From the NCBI GenBank assembly GCA_965222805.1, contig CBDCUX010000005.1, forward strand, positions 3,108,770-3,172,769: a stretch of 64,000 nucleotides of DNA, written 5' to 3'. Below, in pieces: positions 41,489 through 51,776 of this stretch. The stretch comes from Candidatus Poribacteria bacterium (GTDB lineage Bacteria > Poribacteria > WGA-4E > PCPOR2b). The translations under genes were made by a program, and so were the position numbers. Position 1 is the first letter of the stretch; each line of letters begins with the position of its first letter. A model generated the notes under the pieces. It saw only the letters and a list, made by a program, of their open reading frames with translations. It did no database searches and had not been told where the DNA came from.

Positions 41489-43624
41489 CTATTCAATCGC
41501 TCCAATTGTTGCGGCTTGCGGTGCACGGGTTGGAATTCTTTGATGCTCTCGCTTATCTTCTGGCACATAACCGGAGTAATCTGAAATTTTACCGTGCGTT
41601 AGTGCATAGATGGCAACGTTAGTCATAAAACGGTAGACGCTGGGCGAGTAGTGCACAGGACGGCTTGGCAGACTGACTGCCTCCATCGCGCACATATAGT
41701 CTCGACGAATAACCAGCACAGAAAGTTTGTCACCAATAAAAATGCCTTCAAGAAAATTCCGCGATGGAAGAGAAAGGTGCGGTGAAAAACGGGCAATGGT
41801 CCTCCCGGGTTGGTAAATATCAAAGCCAATGGGTGGTCCACCCATTTGATAGAAGTTGTGATAAATTTCATGGCTGTTGGGAATGCGTCCCACAGAATAT
41901 TCTGGCATGATGTGCCGCATATTAGCTAGAAACAGATGGGTCATTGATCGAGCGGCACCATGGAAACCGCAGTCATCAAAAATGAGGAGACCTTCTTTTT
42001 CGACCAGATATCGCCGCAACGAGACCGCTTCCGATTGAGAGAATTGACTATCCTTACGCCTAGTATCCAATTGTTTTAGAGCTGTTGATTTAGCAACAAG
42101 AGCGGGATCATGTCCAGTCATGATGAGCATCGGCGATTTCATCACATTGGCGTCAGTCAATTTCAGTGCTCCACCCTCGACGTTCATGTCTGTTCGGATT
42201 CGCGTCTTTTCATTGAGCCACTTCGTAAATGCGTTAAGCGCGGAAGCATCTGCCCACCAATCAGAGAGGTCGTGGCGAAGGCGTGTAAAACGGAAGACAC
42301 CACGAATATTGCGACCCTTACCAACCACACGGCCTCCCGGCTCGCCGTGGGGCAGGGGTGGCACTTCAAGATTACCGAGCATAACGCCATCAACCACCTC
42401 GTTCAAGGCATCCCGAACGGCTCCAACCTCCTCAACCATCGCAAGCTCCGACGACAACTTGAACACATCAACGATCCTGACCTGCACAGTCCCCCCAGAA
42501 ATCCCACGACCACTACCTCCAATCCCACGACTCATGCGCCCACCGTTTTTACCTATGCCTGTGACGACGGGTGAAGACAATGCCAGCGCATCGGGTGCAT
42601 CAGAAACGGGGGCATCTGTATGGGTTACGACCTGAGGCATAGGGGCATGGGAGTTGACCACTTTCGGCACATTGGGGTTGATAGGGGCATTAAGTTTCAA
42701 GGCTTGATTTGAGAACGCGGAGATGGTCTGCGGTTGGACAGTGGCGGTACGAACGACAGCGGCATTTGTCGCTCGCGGTTGGATTTTAACCAGTTCAACG
42801 ATGACCGTGTTTTCGATTGGTGCCTCTGGCTTTTGAGCGGGTTTGATGACGGGTTTGCGAACTTGCGGTTTGGGCGACGTCTTCGCTGGTTGCAAGATTT
42901 CAACACCCATCAAATCCTTGAATGGTTGGCTTTGCGTTACCAGATACCCTCCAATGATACCGGCAAGGCACAGATGGATTGTGAAAGAGATAAACCAAGA
43001 ACGCGAAACAGTTGACATAATCTTCAGTCCTCCCGGTATTGACGTCTCCCAGTGTTTCCAGCAAACACTAAATACGCTGAGAGAATGCTTGACCTTCTGG
43101 GCGATGCGTTGTTTGGCGCGATGCAGCCGGCTAGCGATGGCACGATGTGACAACCCGTGTTTCTCTGAGATTTCATCATAGCTGAAATGGTCAACGTAGA
43201 AATCGTAAGCGACCGCTCCATCCATAGCAGGCAGTGAATCAATCGCCTTCAAGATTGTCCGGTTCAACTCTTTTTTTATTAGGAATTGTTCTGGCGTCGC
43301 CTCAACAGAAGATAGATTTAAAATTGGATCCCCATTCCTCTGGCAAGATTTTGACATTTCCTTCTGCTGGTGAATCCATGTCACGCAGACATTCTTCACA
43401 ATTTGCGACAGCCAACCGGCGAACCGACTGGCATCGCGCAGTTTTGGGAGATTTTGATACGCTTTGATAAACACTTCTTGCGTTAGATCTTCGGCATCCT
43501 GCGGATTCTGTACGAGAAGTCGCGCCCGGGCCTAGACCACCGGCTGATATTTCTGGACTAGGGTGTCGAAAGCCCGTGGATTGTCCGTGAGCGTTTGATG
43601 AATAAGATCTCAATCCGTTGGCAT
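41489..43624 (-). pseudogene. ECF sigma factor fused to TM segment and large extracytoplasmic C-terminal domain; sigma region 2 interrupted by in-frame TGA and TAG
   Basis: From the ATG at 43624 (GGAGA RBS) the frame reads MPTD*DLIHQTLTDNPRAFDTLVQKYQPVV*ARARLLVQNPQDAEDLTQEVFIKAYQNL..., with TGA at 43612..43610 and TAG at 43534..43532. It then runs 661 codons without interruption through region 4 (HGLSHRAIASRLHRAKQRI), a TM helix and a C-terminal domain. Confidence 0.55.
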
Positions 43625-43889
43625 ACCCAATCTCCTAGGGCGCGTTGACGAATTAAGACGCTGACCTGTATGTGACAACAAAGCTGTGATTTATTTGGTA
43701 GCTCAGTCCCGGCTCAATGACAAATAAACACCGTAAAAAAATTAGAGTCTATCCTGATCCTTGGGGCAAAGGTTCAAGGATTTATTGAACGGTTGAACCA
43801 AGGAATCAAGGAACTCCACCGCCAGACAGATTTTCTCACGCATCTAGCGATAGAAGACATCTCAATAACTATTTTTGTAATTCAGGTCC

Positions 43890-43917
43890 CAGAGGCTTTA
43901 CGCAGCGAAAGCCTCTG
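43890..43917. other. 10-bp stem hairpin cagaggcttt-acgcagcg-aaagcctctg overlapping third copy of tgtcaatccac motif
   Basis: Seen directly. Located downstream of the minus-strand FGE gene. Confidence 0.4.
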
Positions 43918-44000
43918 TCAATCCACATAAGAGTCGCTGTATTCCTGAGGGTCCGAGTGGAGACTCGCAGGAAACTCTCGCCGACGTGCCATGACCCGCC

Positions 44001-44999
44001 TCATGATACGCGAGAGGTCACATCCTTCCGGAAATTCTCGACAATTTGTTCGATGGGACCTCCTGAGATGGGATTGATTCTTGGACTATTAGCATAGAAC
44101 TTCGCATCGTACGCATCAAGGCACCATTCCCAAACATTGCCCGCCATATCATACAAACCGTAACCATTGGGCGGAAAACGTCCAACGGGAGCTGTGGTTC
44201 CCCACTGATCTCTATCTGCTGTCCCCGCATAATTGGCCTCATTATGGGTAATTTTATCTCCCCACGGATAGCGCGCTCCGACCAACCCACCGCGTGCTGC
44301 ATACTCCCACTCGGCTTCGGTGGGAAGTCGTTTTCCCGCCTATTGTGCATAAGCCATCGCATCATGCCAAGAAACCCCGAAGACCGGATAGCTGGGTTTG
44401 TGGAGACCGTAACGCGGATCTCTATGCCCTGTTTTTTCCATAAATTGCTGATACATAGCGTTGGCCACCTCGGTTACATCGATATAAAACGCATCCACGA
44501 AAACAGTATGGACAGGTGCTTCGTGGGGGAAGCCCTCGTTAAGGATACGTTCTCTTTTGAAGAGATCTTCGTCAAAGAAAGCATTGCCCATCTGAAATTC
44601 TCCAGCGGGGATTAGGCGCATAGTTGCCCCATCCGTTTCCGAAACAATCTCCGTCTTAATTGCGACAGTGATGGCTTTTTGCTGCGTCGCAATGACAGAT
44701 GTGGAAGCATTATCTCGGATAGTCAAGGTGATGAGATATTCACCCTCGGTTCTGTACGTATGCTCCGCAACGAGGTTATGACTGTAGGGTGTCTGCTGCC
44801 CATCTCCCCAGTCCTATTTGACGGAAATATCGTCAGAGACCCGTTGGAATTGGCTGGCATCACCTTTGATATGTGCGTTTTCTAAAATTTCGGCATCCGA
44901 CGTAAAAACGACAAGCTGAGGTTCGATCGGGGTTTGGTCCCGAGTTAGGGTTTCTGGTTCATCTTCCCCACAACCAGATACGAACATGATTAAGCCCAT
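44001..44999 (-). pseudogene. Lipoprotein with PKD-like domain and formylglycine-generating-enzyme (FGE/SUMF1) domain, interrupted by two in-frame TAG codons
   Basis: ORFs 44814..45278, 44340..44726 and 44001..44285 share one frame. They read ...MGLIMFVSGCGED...DISVK*DWGDGQQTPYSHN...[39 protein letters not shown]..., with TAG at 44816..44814 and 44342..44340. The FGE motif [15 protein letters not shown] continues across the second TAG. The start (ATG 44999 or TTG 45002) is uncertain. Confidence 0.55.
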
Positions 45000-45863
45000 C
45001 AATGTCAGCGTGATAAGAGCTAACGTCTTAGAGGGTGTTGACGCATTAAGGGACCGCGATGTATGCGGCAACAATGTGGAGAAACGCAACGAAAGTCTCG
45101 ACGAGCTTGTCGTAGCGCGTCGCAATTTATCTAAACGATTTGATTCGGTTAATGAATTTCCCCATCCGATTTCGCCGTTTATAGGGTGCTTTGTAATAAT
45201 TGAAAACATTGACACGATTTTTCTTTGGCAGAATGACAACTTGCATCGGGTTGTTTTTAAGCTTTTTCCGGAGTTCATTGCTATCGTCTCCCTTATGTCT
45301 CACCAGGTTTCAAATCCAATGATTCAAAGACACGTTTTGAAAAACCACCTCAAAACCCTTCTCAGCGGGGATTTGCCCTAGTGTGAAAACATTGGTAGGA
45401 CCATTTTACATGATTCGATTCAATTCGTCAATGGGCTCTAATGCAATCACATTACTCACATTATTATATAGACACGAATTCCTACTGGGAGTTCTCAAGT
45501 TTTTTCGTCGAATCTGGATTAATCCTGTAATAGTCGGGGTAATGGCAGACACTATCAGGTTCGGGATAAAATCTCACCGGATGCTGAAGCTTTAGCCGGT
45601 ATCGGGTAGAATAGGCTTCAAGCGTCTACTATCGTGTGGACCGCTACAAATCTGGGTAACCTCCCTAAAGATCTCCTGAATCACATTTTCTTTTGATGGA
45701 CTCTACCCTCTCCTCTGTGTTAAAATACGAAATGCCATCTTTCAATCCAATCTTTAAACTGGAGCAGTGAGTAGGTGGGCAGTGAGTTCACAGGTCTACG
45801 GGGATTGAACCCCAGATTGTGTTTGACGCATTACTTACTACATTTCCGTCAGAGAGGAAAGCG

Positions 45864-47048
45864 ATGGATGAAAAAAGGCAATACCGACATCGAGGGTTGA
45901 CAATCTGCACACTCGGCGGGGTAGGACACGGCAAAACGACACTGACCGCAGGGATAATCAAGGTGGTTTCACGGATAGGCTCCACACAGACGGATGCGGC
46001 TGACTTTGCACCGCAGCAACCGACGCATCACTCACTAGGACAGCAGACTTACGTCAGTTATAGAGCGGTTGATTATGAAACAAGTGGTAGGCATTACACC
46101 CATATTGACGGACTGAGTCACAGGGATAATGTCAAGATGTTGATTGGTGGTTCGCCGGGGATTCGCGGAGCAATTTTGGTGGTGAGTGCAGTTGATGGCG
46201 TAACAGCGGAAGCCGAAGCCGAGATCCGGCTTGCGAGTCAAGCTTGTGTGCCCGCGGTTGTCACCTTCCTAAATAAGGCAGAAAAGGTCAAAGATCCGGA
46301 ATTAATTGAGATTTGCGAGATGGAGATTCGTGAGATACTCACAGATTGCGGCTATGCGGAAGACCAATCGCCGGTCATCATTGGCGACGCGGCGAAGGCA
46401 TTTAGCTATAAGGGGCAAAATCTTAATTCAGATCACTGGAAACCGATTGTCGATCTCATCTTCGCGATGAATCGTTGTATGCCGCAGCCGTTGAATCCAC
46501 TTGAACTGCCGTTGCTGATGCCGATTCGCAAGGTTATTGACAATCCCAAAGACACCTCGACGTTATACGGTCAGGTGGTGCAGGGCGGTCTCGCTGTCGG
46601 GCACCCGGTTGATGTTGTCGGCAAAGGGGACCGCATCAAGACCCGTTGTGTAGGCTTGCGACACGACGACGCGGGTGAAAGCGCAGAAGACGAGGTCCAA
46701 GTCGATGCAGAGATGGGGTGGATTACACCGGGGCAAGTTGTTTCACAACCGAAGCGCATCAGATCTCACACGGACTTTGAGGCGGCGGTTTATGTGATGA
46801 ACCAAGAGGAGTGCGGAACGCATATTCCCCTCGTTGGGAACGATAAACCGGAGATTCATCTCTGGACAATCGACGTTACGGGCCATCTCCACCTTTCGTC
46901 CGAGGTTGCGATTGTCAATCCGGGTGAACACGCGACCGTGCGAATTTCCCTTGATGTACCGATGGCAATAGAAATCGGCACGCGGTTCGAGATTAAGAAG
47001 ATGGAGGTGAAGATTGGAATGGGGGTTGTAACAGAAATTATAGAGTAG
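45864..47048 (+). CDS. Divergent EF-Tu-like GTPase with degenerate G motifs
   Basis: Collinear with EF-Tu along its full length (G1 [35 protein letters not shown] vs [37 protein letters not shown] vs FLNKCD). Domains II/III are recognisable. GAGGAAA RBS. Confidence 0.6.
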   Translation: [394 protein letters not shown]

Positions 47049-47095
47049 CAATGTATCCGATCCGCCAGAGCCGCAACACCACAAAGGAAGTAATT

Positions 47096-48337
47096 ATGCA
47101 GAAAATATACAACTACATTGAACAGGGCAGTTCACTGCTTTGCGATTCGGTGAAAGAATTGGTTAGGATTCCCACTGTGAACCCGCCCGGCACAAACTAC
47201 GCAGAAATCGTGCAGCTGCTTCAGGAACGGTGCGAGGCACTCGGTATGAGTACACAGATTGTGCCGGTCCCTCAAGCCGAAGCGCAGGCGGTTGTACCGC
47301 ACGCTGACAATTATCCGCGCATGAACCTGCTCGCGAGGTGGGATGTTGGGGCAGAAAAAACCGTCCATTTCAATGCCCACTACGATGTCGTTCCGGTCTC
47401 CGGCGATTGGCATTTCGATCCGTTTAAGCCAGAGATTGTCGGGGATTGGCTTTACGGTAGGGGAGCGGACGACATGAAAGACTCTATCGCTGCACTGTTG
47501 TTCGCGATTGCAGCATTGCAAGAGAGCGGCGTCAAGCCCGCTTTCAATATCGAATGTTCCCTCACCTGCGACGAAGAGACCGGTGGTGAGTTAGGGGCAG
47601 GGTACGTGGTACGCAATGGGTTGGTTCAGGCGGATTACGTTGTCAACTGCGAAGGCGGATCTGTTCTTAACGTGGGTGTGGGGCACAACGGCGTGTTATG
47701 GCTGGAAGTGAAAGTCCACGGTAAGGCAGCGCACGCCGCCAATCCGGACAAGGGATTAAACGCCTTTGAAAAGGCAGCCACTCTCGTCACGGGGATCCAA
47801 CCTTTCAAGCATCAGTTAAAAGCATCAGATCGTGTCTTCAAAACCTTTTCGGGGAGTGACCGACATCCCACGATCAACATCGGCGGCATCTTTCACGGCA
47901 CGGAGGGGGATAAGGTGAATACCGTTCCCGCACAGGTAACCTTCTCCATAGATCGGAGAATCCTCCCCAACGAACGTTTGGCAACGGCGGAAGCGGAGCT
48001 GCGCGGGACGATTCAGGAGGTCTGTCAGTCCGATACAGAATTGAAAGCAGACGTGGCTTCAATATTGCGGATTGAACCGTGCGTTGTGGAGCCAGAACAC
48101 GATTTTCCCCAAGCGTTTGCACGCGCAGTGCGTAGCATACGCCGTCAGCCGACTAAATTCAGCACGACGAGCGGCTTTACCGACCTGCATTTCTTTGTCG
48201 AAGAGGGTGGAATGCCGGGTGTCGGTTATGGGCCAAATGGGCAGGGCGCTCACGGTATGAACGAGCGGGTCAGTGTATCAGATCTGGTTAAGACTGCAAA
48301 GGTGTACGCAACATTCATGGCGAGGGGAGTTTCGTAA
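47096..48337 (+). CDS. M20 family metallopeptidase (ArgE/DapE/acetylornithine deacetylase-like)
   Basis: HYDVVP, GRGADDMK and metal-binding Glu/His contexts. Confidence 0.75.
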   Translation: MQKIYNYIEQGSSLLCDSVKELVRIPTVNPPGTNYAEIVQLLQERCEALGMSTQIVPVPQAEAQAVVPHADNYPRMNLLARWDVGAEKTVHFNAHYDVVPVSGDWHFDPFKPEIVGDWLYGRGADDMKDSIAALLFAIAALQESGVKPAFNIECSLTCDEETGGELGAGYVVRNGLVQADYVVNCEGGSVLNVGVGHNGVLWLEVKVHGKAAHAANPDKGLNAFEKAATLVTGIQPFKHQLKASDRVFKTFSGSDRHPTINIGGIFHGTEGDKVNTVPAQVTFSIDRRILPNERLATAEAELRGTIQEVCQSDTELKADVASILRIEPCVVEPEHDFPQAFARAVRSIRRQPTKFSTTSGFTDLHFFVEEGGMPGVGYGPNGQGAHGMNERVSVSDLVKTAKVYATFMARGVS

Positions 48338-48374
48338 ATAACGCCAGAAATAGGGACAGCAAGGAGGAGATCCA

Positions 48375-49175
48375 ATGATAGTCAACATTCCACTCATCGC
48401 CTCTGGGGCAAGTGGGTTCACCGATGATGAGGTACTGCGATTGACGACCCTTCGGCAGGTGCCTAGAACAACCGGGCGTAACGGCTGGCGGGTCGTCGAA
48501 GAGGAGGTCGCCTGGCCTCCGCCCGAGACAGCGATTATTATCGTGGATATGTGGAACAAACACTGGTCATGGGGCGCGACGGAGCGGGTGAATATCATGG
48601 CACCACGAATGAATGTCGTGATTAACACTGCCAGGGATCGGGGGGTACAGATTATTCACGCCCCATCAGATACGATGGATTTTTACGATGGACACCCTGC
48701 GAGGAGTTGGGTCCTTGATGTCCCGCATGTAGAAATGCCCGACCCGATTGAGCATCCAGATCCACCCCAACCGGTTGATTCATCGGATGGCGGTTTGGAT
48801 ACCGGCGAGGAAAGCGGCTTCAAGGCGTGGCATCGTCAACACCCGGAGATTGAGGTTAAGGATGGCGATGCCATCAGCGACAACGGTCAAGAGGTATATA
48901 ATATCCTCGTGCAGAAGGGGATAAAGAATCTACTCTACATGGGCGTCCACACCAATATGTGTGTGCTAGGCAGATCTTTCGCGATTAAAGCGATGGTTCG
49001 GTCAGGGCAGTTCAACGTTGCGTTAGTTCGGGATCTCACGGACGCAATGTATAATCCGTTCAAGCCCCCTTATGTCAGCCACGAAGAGGGGACGCAACTA
49101 ATCATCGCGTATATAGAGAAGTTTTGGTGTCCGACAATAACGAGTGGCGATTTAACCGCAAATGCGTCTCAGTAG
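48375..49175 (+). CDS. Isochorismatase-like cysteine hydrolase family protein
   Basis: IIIVDMWNKHW and GVHTNMCV (catalytic Cys context). Confidence 0.5.
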   Translation: MIVNIPLIASGASGFTDDEVLRLTTLRQVPRTTGRNGWRVVEEEVAWPPPETAIIIVDMWNKHWSWGATERVNIMAPRMNVVINTARDRGVQIIHAPSDTMDFYDGHPARSWVLDVPHVEMPDPIEHPDPPQPVDSSDGGLDTGEESGFKAWHRQHPEIEVKDGDAISDNGQEVYNILVQKGIKNLLYMGVHTNMCVLGRSFAIKAMVRSGQFNVALVRDLTDAMYNPFKPPYVSHEEGTQLIIAYIEKFWCPTITSGDLTANASQ

Positions 49176-49267
49176 TTCATGTATACTGAGCCGGTCCCCC
49201 AAATTCTCTAGTTTGCCCTTACTGCACATACTAATTCAGTTTAACACGATATGGCTGCGAGCAAAAC

Positions 49268-50641
49268 ATGAAGCAGATATGTTTATGGTCGATGTTATTC
49301 AGTGCATTCCTCCTATTTGGCACTATGCCAGCCGGTGCCACAGAGAATATCCCTATTACGATTACTCCTCAAGGTCAGTTTGCGCCGCGGGGGGTCAGTG
49401 ATGGCGTTGGTGGAACGGTTGTTATCTGGGAGGACTTCCGCACCGGGAAGGATTGGGATGTTTACGCTCAACGGCTCGACGTCGATGGTATCCCCTTATG
49501 GTCTGAGGGCGGCGTGGCGATTTGTGAGAGAAAACGGGATCAGCGGTGGTTGCGGATGGTGCGAAACGAGGCACGCATAATCATCGCTTGGACAGATCAG
49601 CGCGCACCGGGGAATTGGGATGTCTACGCGCAAATAATTGACCTATCGGGAAATAAGCTGATGCCTGACGGGGATGTTCCCGTATGTACAGATCCGGCAG
49701 ACCAATCTGATATAGAAATTCTGAGCGATGGATCAGGCGGTGCAATTATCGTTTGGAAAGACCGACGTCAACACCCTGACTTTCATGATCTTTATGTTCA
49801 GCGGATTGACGGGAACGGTCAACCGATGTGGGAGCTCAATGGTATATCAGTTTTCTTATCCGAAGCACTTCAGAGCACGCCCCGGCTGGTCTCTGGCGGG
49901 GGAGATAGTTTCTACGTCGTCTGGTGGGAGGTCGTCGGCTACGAACAGTGGAATATCGTAGCGCACCGAATAGGCATGGACGGCAAACACCTTTGGAAAG
50001 AGCCAACCGTCATTTCACCGATGGAAGGATTACAGGGTGAGCCGCGTACTGTGAGCGATGGACAGGGTGGGTTTATCGTTGCCTGGCAGATTTATGAGAA
50101 CTTTATAAACGATGATTTCTATGCGCAGCGGATAGATCCATCGGGAAACAAGGTTTGGGAGGAGAATGGTGCGCCGATCTGCGATGCGGAAGGGATTCAA
50201 AAAAATCTCACAATTACGAGCGATGGGTATGGAGGAGCCGTAGCGGCTTGGCGTGATGAGCGGGATGTCTTTTCGGATCTTTACGTTCAGCGAATCGGTG
50301 CTGATGGCACCCCGCGGTGGAAACGCAATGGCATCCCGCTGTGCATCGCCGGAGGGTATCAGGACAAGCCGTTCTTGACCCGATGTGGCGAAGACGAATT
50401 TTTTGTTGCGTGGCTGGATTTTCGAGAAGATTACGACGATAAGAGCAGTGACAACATCTACGGTCAGAAGATCAATTTAGAGGGGAAAACCCTTTGGGCT
50501 GAAAACGGAATCCCGCTATGCACGGCGGACGGTGTGCAGCAACCCCCCTATGCTGTAGCATCCGAGTCGGGACAATTGAGCGTTGTGTGGAGCAATGCCC
50601 GCAGCGATATTGGTGATATTTATATGCACCATGTCAAATGA
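49268..50641 (+). CDS. Secreted repeat protein with ~7 tandem ~50-aa repeats (putative beta-propeller), unknown family
   Basis: Signal peptide. The recurring unit is VxW.D.R....D(V/L)YAQRID..G...W..NG(I/V)P(L/V)C. Confidence 0.6.
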   Translation: MKQICLWSMLFSAFLLFGTMPAGATENIPITITPQGQFAPRGVSDGVGGTVVIWEDFRTGKDWDVYAQRLDVDGIPLWSEGGVAICERKRDQRWLRMVRNEARIIIAWTDQRAPGNWDVYAQIIDLSGNKLMPDGDVPVCTDPADQSDIEILSDGSGGAIIVWKDRRQHPDFHDLYVQRIDGNGQPMWELNGISVFLSEALQSTPRLVSGGGDSFYVVWWEVVGYEQWNIVAHRIGMDGKHLWKEPTVISPMEGLQGEPRTVSDGQGGFIVAWQIYENFINDDFYAQRIDPSGNKVWEENGAPICDAEGIQKNLTITSDGYGGAVAAWRDERDVFSDLYVQRIGADGTPRWKRNGIPLCIAGGYQDKPFLTRCGEDEFFVAWLDFREDYDDKSSDNIYGQKINLEGKTLWAENGIPLCTADGVQQPPYAVASESGQLSVVWSNARSDIGDIYMHHVK

Positions 50642-50670
50642 ATCAGAGATTTAACTCTGTGTAATTGCTT

Positions 50671-51726
50671 ATGCGTTTATGGTACGTTATATCGGATATC
50701 CACGGCAACTACCGTGCTTTTCGTAACCTGCTTCTGCATGCACAACTCATTGATGACAGCGATCAATGGATCGGTGGAGAAGCACGTCTATTTCTCCTCG
50801 GAGATTACGTCACAAGCGGTCCTGATTCCAAACAGATCATCGATCTGATCCGCACGTTGGAATATCAGGTTCCCGATCGGGTTACCGCGCTTCTCGGAAA
50901 CCACGAACTCTTCTTGCTGCGTGCCGTTCACGACAAAGATTATCGCCAGAAATGGTTGGCAAATCCTGAACACTGGCAGACGATTGCTTCATGGGCGGAG
51001 GCAAGCGAGGAATTGAACAATTCGTTGCAGCGTCTGCAAATTGATCCGCTCTCGACGCAGACAATCGCAGAGATTTATCAAGCGATAGCGAAATCAGATC
51101 TGGATTCAGATTCGCTGCTTCAGCGTGCAACACAGGGGTGGCGGCTTAATCACCCCGCTCCGACACGCCGAAAGTCCTCGACCTTTACCTCAGACGTTTG
51201 GAATGCGTGGCATCTGTTTCTTCGTATCATTGAGGGAGATGGGACGTTAGAATGGGTTGAGGAGCTGCCGGTTGCTTATCGGGCAGAGGAGTGGGGCTTT
51301 TTTCACGCCGGACCGCCGGTTGGGTTTAATGGCAGTATCGACGACTTGAATAAGCGATTTGATGTTCTACGGCGGGGTGGTAGATATGATCACCCGCTAT
51401 TAGCGCCCGATCGCTCGTTGACCAGTCCGGTTGGCACACGTCGCTGGTGGGCGGACCTACCACAGGTGGAACTGTTATTCAATCAGTTTGAGATTGAACG
51501 GTGTGCTTTTGGGCACGATCCGAAGGCAATTGAACCGCGCGGGATACTTGGAAGTGTTTGGAACAGAGCGGTGAGCACTGACCCGCATATGCGTGGGAAT
51601 ATCGAAGGCATGATTCGGATCTGTGGTCCTTGTGCGGCTGTCATTTATACCGATGTAGCGATTTCGATTCTTCAGGACATCTACCCACAACGTACGTTTC
51701 TCACAGTGAACACGCTAATCGGTTGA
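50671..51726 (+). CDS. Calcineurin-like metallophosphoesterase
   Basis: VISDIHGN and LGDYV...GNHE motifs. Confidence 0.65.
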   Translation: MRLWYVISDIHGNYRAFRNLLLHAQLIDDSDQWIGGEARLFLLGDYVTSGPDSKQIIDLIRTLEYQVPDRVTALLGNHELFLLRAVHDKDYRQKWLANPEHWQTIASWAEASEELNNSLQRLQIDPLSTQTIAEIYQAIAKSDLDSDSLLQRATQGWRLNHPAPTRRKSSTFTSDVWNAWHLFLRIIEGDGTLEWVEELPVAYRAEEWGFFHAGPPVGFNGSIDDLNKRFDVLRRGGRYDHPLLAPDRSLTSPVGTRRWWADLPQVELLFNQFEIERCAFGHDPKAIEPRGILGSVWNRAVSTDPHMRGNIEGMIRICGPCAAVIYTDVAISILQDIYPQRTFLTVNTLIG

Positions 51727-51776
51727 TTATTCAGAGTTCGGAAGGGAATTCTAACAATCTTTGGTGCGACTAGGTA

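Noticed and set aside
44986-45381. Plus-strand 131-aa ORF and the long N-terminal extension (MNSGKSLKTTRCK...) of the minus-strand lipoprotein ORF
   Set aside because: Both translations are low-complexity with no start context. The lipoprotein most plausibly starts at the signal peptide (MGLIMFVSGC).
45775-45810. tRNA-like T-arm fragment (acggggattgaaccccag)
   Set aside because: There is no acceptor stem, anticodon arm or CCA context, and the T-loop does not match the TTCRANY consensus.
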